Below, one piece after another: positions 52,945 to 64,000 of a stretch of 64,000 nt of DNA (positions are counted from its first letter, which is position 1; each line of letters begins with the position of its first letter). Origin of the DNA: Eledone cirrhosa (lineage: Eukaryota); assembly GCA_964016885.1 (NCBI GenBank), contig OZ024740.1, forward strand, positions 125,488,001 through 125,552,000. Direction: 5' to 3'. Both the position numbers and the translations under genes were made by a program. A model generated the notes under the pieces. The model worked only from the letters and a program-made list of their open reading frames with translations. It made no database searches and had not been told where the DNA came from.

Positions 52945-55400
52945 GATAATACATGATGGCTGCAAACTCGTGTTCAAGTATTGCCATCGCCCGATAAAAT
53001 GTTCAAAAATGTGAAGCACAAATGTGACTCTTTAAACCAGCCAAATACTTGCACCCTCTGGCACACACATGGCAACTTTAGGTTCCCCCGAAACCTTCCA
53101 TTGCTTTGTTCTGGCTGTATGTTCACATGTATCTTTTAAGACCTCCCATGCTTGTACATTTCTTACACCTTTTCAGATCATACATGAGGTCTACTGATAT
53201 GACTTTGTTCATGTCTAATCAAACCAGCTTTGCTCAGGCTGACTCAACCACAGTGCTGGCAAACCAGATGATGTTCAACAGCAGGCAGTTCAGAACAGTC
53301 TCAATCCTCACCTTCCTTTTCAGTGTTAGGTGTTCTCTCTGACAAGTTTCAAAGTGTTCACCACTTCACACGCTCGTCAGCCATTTTCTCTCATTCGTCA
53401 GATGAAATTCCAGATCAAGCCAAGTTGCCCCTGATACAGTCCCGGTACCGCCTTTTTGGTTTATGTGGTGGTCGCCTTCCTTCACACAGTTCTCCATAGA
53501 GAAGTTGCTTTGGAATACGATCATCAGACATCCGGACCATGTGACTGCACCACCTCAACCGATACCGAAAGATTATGCTCTCTATAGTCACGTACCTGCT
53601 CCGTTCTAGAACTTCCAAATCACTGGCAAACATTTTCCACAACACCCCAAGTAACTTATGAAGTGATTGTTGGTGAAATCTCTTCAGATCCTTGAGGTGC
53701 TTTCTGTATGTGACCCACGTTTTACAAACAAAGTAAAGAGGAGACAACACAAGTCAGATACACTTTCACCTTGGTTTCGATACTGATACCTCGTCTGGAC
53801 CATAAACGTTGATGCAGCCGTCCAAAAGCATCACTGGCTTTCTTGATTCTTAAGGATATTTCATTATCATGTGTGCATGAAGTGTTCAACGTACTACCAA
53901 GGTAAACAAACTTGTCAGCAACTTTTAGCCTCTTCCCGTACACGTACACACTTGGTGCAGTGTACTCGTTTCCAGGTATTGGCTGATACATCACAACAGT
54001 CTTTTCCAAGCTTATTGTGACGCCCAAAGTGCTGCAAGCTGCAGAAAAAGAGTTCATAATATGCTGCATGTCACTTTGTGAGTGTGCAAAAAGATCGCAG
54101 TCGTCTGCATACAAAAACTCGGATTATAGATGTTAAAACCTTTGTGCTTGTACCAAAGCGCCTGGTGTTGAACAACCTTCCTGAAGTGCGATACCTGATG
54201 TAAACCCCACGAGAACAATATTTGAATGCCATGAGAAACACTATCGTAAAATATAAGGAAAACAGAGTTGGAGCCGGAATGTCCCCCTGCTTCACTCCAT
54301 TTTCAACTGATATTGGTTCAGAGATGCTACCACCAAAACTGACCAAAGCCTTCATGTCATCATGGAAAAGATGCAGAATCTTCTACCCTACCTTGGATTT
54401 TTTTCCCACAACGCAGTTCGATTGACAGTGTCAAAGGCCTTTGTCAAGTCAACAAAGACCTGGTAAAGGTCCATACATTGTTCGATACACTTTTCTTGCA
54501 GCTGCCGAGCAGAAACGATCATATCCACTGTTCCTCTTTCGTTTCTGAACCCACACTGCGACTCGGGCAACACATTCAGAGCAACTATTGGGATCAATCT
54601 ATCCATCAATATTCGACACGACTTTACCAACTACTGAAAGAAGGGATATGACATGATAATTGCCACATTTGTCCTTGCCGTCCTTTCCTTTATGGAGAAT
54701 CACCATGAGCGCATCCTTCTTGTGGGACATTCTCATCTTCCCACACCATTTTCATGAGGTCAGTCAGGCGCTGCGTGAAGTTTTCACCACCACACTTCAA
54801 AACTGCTCCACTCAGACCATCAATACCAGGAGACTTACCACAGTTCAGCTTATGCACAACAGAAGTCCCCTCTGCAAGAGAGGATACATTAGCCATCTCA
54901 TATTCTTCACTGGTTCAATAGGAATGGAACAAATGAAATCATCATCAACCTGGGATGGGTGGTTTAAGAGCTCATCAAAGTGATCTCTCTATCTGTCGAG
55001 TGTCTTTTGGGTCGCGCAGTAATTGCTTGCCATCTTTCGATCTCAAAGGGGCCACTGGAGACCTGAAAGGGCCATACACCTCTGTGAGTAGAAGGTGCGG
55101 CAGTTTCACATTGTTGCCGTCAGATGCCACTTGAACTTCATCTGCTTTGTTGCTCCACCAGGTATTTTGCATAGCCCTGAGTTTCACCTGCACTTCCTTC
55201 TTTACCTGTCTGTAACGCTCATAATTGTCACCAACAGAGATACCACCTTTAAGAACTGCATCCAGTGCCTTTTGTTTTCTGTCTAGCAGAGCCTTGACCT
55301 CCTGGTCATTCTCATCAAACCAGTCCTTGTTTACTTGTGACAAAGCCAAGGACCTCTGCTGAAGCCTCATAGACCGAGCACCTGAAGTCCTTCCAGTTGT
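52945..55400 (-). mobile_element. BovB-like RTE LINE, 5'-truncated and degenerate (no PHD insert)
   Basis: LPESQCGFR..DM..ARQLQEKC, FVDLTKAFDTVNR, GVKQG, YADD, FVYLGS and RIPKQLLYGEL motifs. Confidence 0.92.
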
Positions 55401-55419
55401 TCTCATATACGCATACATA

Positions 55420-55840
55420 CTTACATATGTGGTGGCTGCCAACTCGTTTTCGAGTACGGCCACTACTTTATATCCATGTAGGAGAACTCCTACCGATGCG
55501 CTGAACGAGTGTGACTTCTTAGTCCAGCCAGCGACTTGAAAACTCTGGTACAAACACTACACTTGTGACAATTATTGACACATAGTGCTGGGCCCATGGT
55601 ACCATGTGATGACAAGTGCAGAGAGATCTCCAGATATAAAGCAATGCCTGTGCCGTGAAGCTTTTATAGTGAGCAAAGGCACTGCACAAAGCCAGTCCCA
55701 CTCTCTTAACCAAGATGATATTTACCAAAAAGAAGAACATGTCAACATCATTGGATACCATCAGAGTTGCAGGTGTTATATCAGAGTTTTCCTTCTCCTA
55801 GAATTCTGCCTTGACAAAGGCTAAGGGGTCATCTCTGCCG
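55420..55840 (-). mobile_element. Short non-autonomous RTE derivative
   Basis: Head agcctttgtcaaggcag..ctaggagaaggaaaactctgatat. 3' stem-loop gtggccgtactcg..gagttggcagccac plus (TATG). Confidence 0.6.
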
Positions 55841-55844
55841 GTGA

Positions 55845-56092
55845 TTTTGGATGGCCATTGACTCTTAAGAGCTCCTTTGCCCTTTGACAGGTTTTGTTTT
55901 TAGTCCTGCAGGATGTCCAAAGTTACCCTCCTCACCAAGAAACCCCACCAAGGTTTCTTGGTGAGGAGGGTGACTTTGGACATCCCACCAAGGTTTCTTG
56001 GTGGGGTTACCAGTTTAGTCGCCAACGACCCGACCATGAGACAGGTTGTACTGGGATACGTGTTACCAGTAGCACCAACTGGTGACCTGACA
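55845..56092 (-). mobile_element. Short interspersed element with an internal inverted duplication
   Basis: Homologous to 52740-52935 but with an extra hairpin at 55911-55985. Confidence 0.7.
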
Positions 56093-56831
56093 TATATACA
56101 TGTATACATACATCCATACATACATGTATACACACATACATACATACATCCATCCATCCATCCATACGTGTATACATACATACAATGGTTAAAGTGTTTG
56201 ACTGACGACCATAAGTTCATGGGTTCATATTTGGGACTGGGTAGTTATTGAATCAACCTGATATCAATGTTTATTATACAGCACACTTCCTCTTTGGACA
56301 CATAGTAATATCTAACATAGTACCCATCTAATCTGTTATAATATGATTTAGCTTTCCTCTGTTACGGTACTGGACTAACCATTATAAAATCATGGGCTCG
56401 TTTCTTTGATCCTGCAGCATGTTGCGTCCTTCAGTAAAATACTTTAGTTCGTGTAGCATCTTCTACCAGGACTTGCGGCAGACAGATAATATCAGTAATG
56501 GAAAAAACCTTGTTTCATTAGTATGACCTGGAAATCAGTTCCACTCTATTTATCTTCTTTATTAAAGGCAATCAAATTATTTTTTATTTTATTATTTTTC
56601 TTATTTTTCCATGTTTGTTAAATAAATTCAAAAAAATCGAACTAAATTGAAATTTTGTAATAAAATTTCCATAAAAGTTAATGTTTACAATACAATAAAA
56701 TGTAATAAAATGTATTGAAGTCGACGAAATGTGGACCTTCATTTTTGAAAGATGGAAAATGCTATTATTGTACCACAATTTTCCTTTGTGCAAAAGTGGG
56801 CAGCCGAATTTAGGAAAGGATAGGGGATTCT

Positions 56832-57000
56832 TGAAGATGACCCAATGTCTGGACGTCCTACAACTGCCACTACCGAGGAAAACATTGATCTCAGTACTGC
56901 AACACCGATGGAAGAAGTGTGTGGAACTCAGGGGAGACTATGTTGAAAAATAAACCTCATTTGGTCACATTCCATGAGAGTATCTTTGTCAACCCTCGTA
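56832..57000 (+). mobile_element. Internally deleted mariner relic
   Basis: EDDPMSGRPTTA (N-terminal region) is joined to RWKKCVELRGDYVEK*. Ends accctcg|TA. Confidence 0.8.
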
Positions 57001-57034
57001 TCTATGCGCAATATACGTAAAGATACAGAATTGC

Positions 57035-57424
57035 GGGCACTACAACGCTATTAACTGTCATATTTGTTGGTGAAAAAAATTTGATTATAAAACTTAAATT
57101 TATGACTGACTTGTTTTCTACATTGATAACCATGACTTGTTTTCTAATTAACTTAACTTTGTTTTCTAATTTGGCCCTTTTAAGGGCCACCTATATTTTC
57201 ATTTAAGTAACTCCACTTACATCGATATGCTTTGTTTTCTAATTTGGCCCTTTTAAGTCTTCCCTCTCTCTCTCTTCACTATCTCTCCTCTTCCCTCTCT
57301 CTTTCAAAAAAACGCGTGAAAACTCCACTTACGCGCGGTAGTAATACGGAAATAAACGATGTTGACGAGTGACGTCACCTTCGCCTGTTTTCCACTGGAC
57401 TAACAGCTAATAGCGTTGTAGGGC
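57035..57424. mobile_element. Non-autonomous Merlin element (~390 bp)
   Basis: TIRs gggcactacaacgctattaactgt..aacagctaatagcgttgtagggc. Confidence 0.75.
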
Positions 57425-58336
57425 ACTACAACGCTATCAGCTGTCAGTCGAAGCAGCCGATGGAAACAGGCGAAGATGACGTCACTCGTCAAACATCGTT
57501 TATTTCCGTATTACTACCACGCGTAAGTGGAATTTCCACGCGTTTTTGGAGAGAGAGGGGGAGGGGAGTGAGAGGGGAAGAGAGAGAGAGAGAGGGGGAA
57601 GACTTAAAAGGGCCAAATTAGAAAACAAATAGAAAATAAGTCATGGTTATAAAGCATATCGATGTAAGTGGAGTTACTTAAATGAAAATATAGGTGGCCC
57701 TTAAAAGGGCTAAATTAGAAAACAAATTTAAGTTAATTAGAAAACAAGTCATGGTTATCAAATAAATTTGATTTATTCATTTATATTTTCATTATTCACC
57801 AACCTTATTCAAAAGCATGTTTAGAAACATTTTTTTCACCAACCTTATTCAAATGCATGGAATCAGATGACGGATATGTTCTAATAACTTTTGGAAAATT
57901 TCTCCTTTAAATTCATACCGCCACATGAATTCAATGAGATGGGTTTGAAGCAAATTTCTGGCTGTCCCGTTTTCCCCTTTATTCCTATTTTTTACGTGTT
58001 TCCACAAGCATTCTATGTGATTCGTTGTGACAAATGTTACTGGATCAACAAAATTGATCGAATGGTTCACCATCAAATGTTGATAGCCTAGCTGATCGAT
58101 CGTATTATAGGAACGCCATAGATCAGATATTATGGTTGTCCCTGGCAATATACGATCCTGTATAATGGTTAAAAGTGTCTCCGCTTTCCTGTCTTCTACT
58201 GCTACTAAAATACATCTTCTGGTACTTCTTTCCAAAGCACCAAAAACCCACTGTGTTTTCACAGAATGTCCACGATGGTATTTCCTTCTCACGAATGTGC
58301 TTTCATCAATCTCGACAATTCGGTTTGGCCCGCCAG
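57421..58336 (-). mobile_element. Merlin (IS1016/ISXO2-like) transposon, 3' half
   Basis: Terminus gggcactacaacgcta at 57421 and transposase C-terminal half. Confidence 0.88.
57849..58333 (-). CDS. Merlin DDE transposase catalytic domain (N-terminus missing)
   Basis: GGPNRIVEIDES, RKYHRG, WVFG, GTTIISDLWRSY, VNHS..FVDP and TNHIECLW motifs. Confidence 0.9.
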
Positions 58337-58749
58337 TATATTTATTTGTTTACATGCGCAGACTATTTTGTACACACACACACACAATATTTAGGAAAAC
58401 GGAAACAAAATACACAAAAAGAAACAAAACAAAAAACAGACATTTTATTTCTATCGTAATCAAGTGCGCTAAACCTATATTGTTTACATTCTGTGTTTTT
58501 CTACGGATGGGCAGAAATAACAAAATTGCCATGGTGATATCCATGGATGAAGTTTGCGACAAAACTGGTCGATGTTCCAAAATAGAACATTGCCCAGAAA
58601 ATCACACCTGCCATATTTCTACGGAACCCGAAAACTCGTTCTGTAATCGCTGGGTCGAATGTGGAACTTGTCGCATCTCTGTCTGCCTTCAATGCGCCAT
58701 AGGCTTCCGGAGAATCCTAGGCTAAAAAAAGAGACATCATATTGCTATG

Positions 58750-61700
58750 ATGGATGGACTCTGGGAGATGGTCCAGCTAAAATCCTGGTCTTTTCAGTGC
58801 CTGCCTTCACCAATGTTATTGAAAAAGAAAAAAAAAAAAAAAAAAAAAACGATGACTGTATCTTCCTCTACCATTGTTACTAAATAACGGCAAAACCTAT
58901 GACACTGGCTTCTACTGCTATTCCTGTGGGAGAACATCAGAAAGAAACAACAACAACCCATGTCTTCCGCTCCCAGTACATTTCGACACCAACAACCGGC
59001 GACTGTGTCTTCCCCTACCATCCCCGTGGAGGAATATCATCAACAACAACAGCAACAGCAGGAGCAACGGCAGCAGCAGCAGCAGCAGCAACAATAACAA
59101 CAACAAAAACAACAATAACCGACCAGTACAGATTTTTGCAGAATTGGAACTAATGATTTCTGCTTTAAGAAGGGAAGTAACAGGAATAAAAGCAAGCATT
59201 CGGGTAGGACCCCACAATGAGGGGTCTTATCGGAATGCCTTGCTAAAGAATCTCCCTGTACCTCTTGCTGTATCTGGACACACTTAGAAGACTGCGGAAT
59301 CTGCTACCCATGAAGTAATTGCCATTGGGGTACCAGAGGACTAGGCTTATCTTCTGGCATTTGCTGCCAGCTCAGCCAAAGACCTAGGCTGTGTTCCCCC
59401 AAAGGGTGCTCTCCGCCTTGGTCGACCTGGTCCAAAACCCAGACTCATCAGGCTGTCTTTTTCGGACCCCGCTGAGGCAATTTCATATCATCTGGCCTCT
59501 GTTAAAGCTGGACGTGAAAATTGGATTACCTTCCGAACACGCCCAGGCCTACCAACCCATGTACGTTCAAAGCTAGGTGCTGCAGCTTCCTTGAATCGGA
59601 ACTCAGCACAACATGAAAGTTTTAGTCTGCGTGATGATGGGCAGATCTGGAGGTTTGTTAAGACTGGTGAAACGTGGAAGAGAGATACCAGCTGGTCTGA
59701 GTGTGCTCTACCCACAATAACTGGCAATGAAAAAACAGCAACAACTCTGGGAAACTAAACCAGAACAACCTGCCATCCTCTACACACCATCATAAATTGC
59801 AAGCAGGGTACAAATTGTTGTCCTTAAATGCTCGCAGTTTATGCAACAAGATACATCTGTTTAACTCCTACATCAGAAACATCGACCCTGACTTCATCAC
59901 AGTCACGGAAACCTGGGCACATTCCTTACTCTGTGATGGGGTTTTCAGCATTACCGGGTACAACCTTTTCCGCAAGGACCACATTAATCGCCGTGGTGGT
60001 GGTGTGATGGTCTACGTTCATTCAAACTTTTTGGTAATTCCTTGCGTTGATTTGAAGGAATCACAAGAAGAAGTTTATTTTTGTGACATACGTATGACCA
60101 TGTCAACACTTCTGCTTGGTGTTGTTTATCGCCCCCCCCCCCCCAAAAAAAAACTACCATCAGGACACACAGCTTTGCGATATCCTCAGAGCTACTGCCA
60201 GGAAAACAGCCACTTATGTGTTTATTGCAGGTGACTTCAATCATCCTGAGACCGATTAGGAAACCTTTCGTTGGCCACAAAGTGCAAACGATTTCCTTGA
60301 TCTAGTGTTGGACTCAAACTGGTCACAAGTAGTCACCCCTCCAACAAGAGGTGACAACACTTTGGACCTGATCTTCACCACAACGCCTGAAGTGGTTATC
60401 AGTTGTACTACTGAGGAACCTCTAAGCGACTCTGATCATGCTATGATCATTGCCAATCTGGCTCTTGCGGGCAGCAACAAAAACCAGAACCATCTCCAAT
60501 CTGCTTGCTTTGATTGGAAAAAAGCAGATTGGAACTTGTACTGCACTGAGCTACAGCGCCCAAACTGGCATGAGTTCTGTAACTCTGGAGATGTGAACAC
60601 TATACACCAGAGCATCCTGGACTCAATATGGATAGCGTGTGCAGCATCGGTGCCACGTAAACAGAAAAAAACCCACCCCAAAAGTGCAATTTGGGAAACT
60701 TCAGTGGTCCGACTTGCCAGGAAAGAACGTTGGAACGCTGAACGGGAATATAAACTGCATAAATCAGATGCCAACAGAAAAAAGCGGAATAAATCTTCCA
60801 ACCATCTCAAGCAAGTGACAAAAAAGGCAGTGCTTGAATTTGAACAGTGCATAGCAACCAATCCTGACAATAAGGTGTTCTGGAAATATGTTCATTCAAA
60901 GCAGAGACCTCACTCTCCAGTTGGTCCTCTTTGCAATCCCCACACAAGCCAGATCACTGACGATCCCAAAGAATGCGTAGAACTCATTGCTGAGTGCTAT
61001 GCAAGCATTTTTACTGTTGAAAACCATAATATACCATCTCCACCATCTCTAACATCAAATGGTAAATTCCATAAGAACTATGGAATTTACACCTGAAATG
61101 TTGCAACGTCACTTTAAGAATAAGCGCAACTATGCCTCCCTTGGTGTTACATACCTGCTTCTCAAACGTGGCGGGTACTCCATTTTGCACCAGCTTTCTT
61201 TCTTCTTTCAATACTGTCTCAACAATGGTGCTACTCCGGAGCAGTGGAAAACTGCCAGTGTCATTCCCCTGTTCAAAAAGGCTGACCACACGTCACCTGT
61301 CAACTATCGTCCAGTCAGTCTTACTAGCTGCATTGCCAAACTGATGGAATCCTGTGTCAGAGAAACACTTTGGAACTTCTGGAGCTCTCACAGCCCCATC
61401 CGGCCCTCGCAGTTTGGATTTATCCCTAACTCCAGCTGCTGTGATCAGCTTATCGAGTTCCTTGAAGACATTACCCAGATCACTGACAGCGGCTCATGGG
61501 TGGATGTTGTTTACCTTCACTTCGCTAAGGCTTTTAATTCTGTGCCACACAAAAGACTTATGGCAAAACTCTCTGCAATGGGTGTGAGGGATGATCTTTT
61601 TAACTGGTTGAAATCCTTCATTCTCAGCCGAAAAGAGGTAGTCACGGTTCTAGGACAGCATTCTTCACCATATGAGATGTCATCTGGTGTACCACAGGTA

Positions 61701-62700
61701 TCTGTTCTTGGTTCCCTTTTGTTTGTGGCAGATATTAATGACATAGATGCCAACTTAAAGAATGCCACGGTACTGAAATATGCAGATGAGATCAAGCTGT
61801 ACCTTGAAATCAAAAGGACTGATCCTGTAATCTACAACTCTTTCCTACAATCAGATCTGGACACAATGCAGCAATGGATCACAGATTGGCAACTGAAGCT
61901 GGCTGTGGACAAGTGTACCATCCAGCATCCACATACTCCCTCCACAACACTGATATCAAGAAGTCCTCTTGTGAACGTGACCTGGGCATTACTGTCAGCA
62001 GCGATTTGCGTTGGACAAAGCATGTCTCTAAGAATGTCAAGAAGGCCGAGGATGTCTTGGCATCACTCAGCAAGGCCTTTGTTAGCCACTCTCCAGCCAT
62101 CTATTTAAAGCATTGTACAGCTATGGTACGACCACACTTGGAATTCGCATCATCAGTCTGGAACCCCTAACTTGCTCAGAACATTGACCTCCTGGAAACT
62201 GTTCAGAGATGTGGAACCAAGTGCATACCCTCCATCAGACACCTACCATACTCTGAACGCCTTGCTTCCCTGGGCATGGATTCATTGAAGCTCCGATGTC
62301 TGGCAATGGACTTGGTAAACACCCACAAAGTTATTAACCATCTCGCCAACAACAACCCTGAGCACCTTTTTGATCTCCATGTGTCTAACACACGTCGACA
62401 TGCCTACAAAATCAGAAAACAGCACAGCTCCCATGACTTTCAGAAACATTTTTTCACTCTCAGAGTTGCTGAAGCATGGAACAAACTGCCTGCGTCAGTT
62501 GTTAGCTGCCGAGACACTGCATCCTTTAAAACCCTCATGCTTCCCGAAATTCGCCAAAACTACACCTGATGTACCCCTTCCATACACATGCACACAGCCT
62601 CAAAACTACTATGTAATACTCTTTGTTGATTTTTCAGAAACACTTTTATGATTAATACTTTTTACATGCTTTATTAAGGTGTCTTCACCATAATTTTATT
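58750..62700 (+). mobile_element. Near full-length CR1-group LINE (ORF1 relic, APE + RT ORF2, disrupted)
   Basis: LNARSL, VTETW, RRGGGV, YRPP, GDFN, PTRGDNTLDL, SDH; YRPVSLTS, QFGF, FAKAF..VPH, GVPQ, YADE, RPHLEF, AWNKLP. Cys/His-rich ORF1 relic near 58790-58930. Confidence 0.92.
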
Positions 62701-62945
62701 TAGAAAATGTTAGTACATGAGCACATGCCCAATTCTGTTTTTTAGTTTAAGCAGCTTTATTAAGTTTAACTTATATCATTACTTTACAATTATGGAGTAA
62801 GTTCATGAGTAAATGCTAGTAAGAGTATTTCAGTTAAATTGTTCCCTAACAGACAGAAAATATGGTCTTTAATTTCAGCAGCTTATATATATATACACGT
62901 ATATAATTTATACTGTGTTTTTTCTTTGCTGCTTCCATTTATTTT

Positions 62946-62990
<45 letters not shown>

Positions 62991-63028
62991 TAAGAATGAA
63001 TAACCAGTTTAGACTTATAACATGATTT

Positions 63029-63119
63029 TACTCTACGAACATTTCAATGTAGGACAGCAGGCCATACATCAATATATATACTGGGCATTAGCCTGCTGCT
63101 CTACATATCTTCAGGAGTA
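63029..63119 (-). ncRNA. Type I hammerhead ribozyme motif with long stem II
   Basis: UACUC-CUGAAGA-[uAUGUAG..CAGCAGGC/GCCUGCUG..CUACAUu]-GAAA-UGUUCG-UA-GAGUA. Confidence 0.7.
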
Positions 63120-64000
63120 TGAATGTTGTTACAAGTACCCAGATACAAACAGGCAAAAGTAACATCATAATACAGATTAGACTCATATGGTATAAAAAAA
63201 CAGCATGCTCAGCGTTATTACTAATTAATGGTTAATTAGTCACTAATATTTATTTATATATATTATATATTAAAATTAAATGAGAAAAAACTCTAAGTGT
63301 GAATAAACAAACTCAAACAAACCAGACGTTTGAGATGTTTGGATATTAGTGACTAATTAACCTTTAATTGATTATATATATATATATATATGTCTACACA
63401 CAAGTGCACATAGAATATATATATGGATATAAATTTAGTGAGTTCAATTGTGTGGGCTGGGTGCCTTTTATCATGGCAACAACAGGACTGCTTTACTGTG
63501 TGGGCTGAGAACCTTGGCAGGAGTGGTGTGTACAGATTGGGAAGGTGGGTGTTTGGGTGTGTGAGGGGCTCAGTGTTATGATCTGGGAGATAAGTAGAAG
63601 GGGGTGGCATGGAGCACATTGGATGTATGCTTCAGCCCGTGCTCATGGCAGGTGTATGGAAGAGTCGGATGGCATGGAGATGTAGGTGGTGTACACTATA
63701 TACAGGGTGGGGCAGATAGGTTGCCCCGATTTCAAAGGTTAATAAAAAACAAATACATGATCATAAGAGAAAACTTTGCATTTATAAGTACATTACATGC
63801 CATTGTGGTTTAAGGGGTTTTGAAAATTGTATCACTTAAGTGACGACCGCTAATGTCAAAGTTTTGAAGTCTCTCTCAAAGTTCACCATAGCGGTCCTAG
63901 GACGGCCAGGACTTTTCTTTTTTAAAGCCGATAATATTATATATAATAAAGTACCAGTAATTTACACCTCACTTTACATATGGCCATTAGCTTTATTAAT

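Noticed and set aside
57849-58333. Bacterial IS1595 contamination
   Set aside because: It is embedded among eukaryotic repeats, has a related MITE at 13051, and fits eukaryotic Merlin.

Overview
An AT-rich, repeat-saturated eukaryotic window, probably cephalopod or octopus-like. That assignment is inferred from Meta-domain-like SINEs, RTE dominance and (TA)/(TATG) microsatellites. No intact host gene is visible, only one candidate first exon near 13.3 kb. Retroelements: an RTE-clade LINE family with a PHD finger inside the RT region (seven copies, one near full length), BovB-like and REX3-like RTEs, an R4/Dong-like RLE LINE, CR1 copies, an L1/Tx1 3' fragment with TSD, a Penelope-like element with inverted pLTRs, and several SINE families. 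DNA elements: an IR/DR Tc1 (DD34E), Merlin elements, a mariner relic and non-autonomous Helitrons. Other structure: two hammerhead-ribozyme motifs, a near-perfect 2911-bp tandem duplication between LINE copies, several large palindromes, a 4-kb telomere-like hexamer array and a 6.7-kb satellite with higher-order repeats. All calls were read by eye. Coordinates of degenerate elements are approximate.
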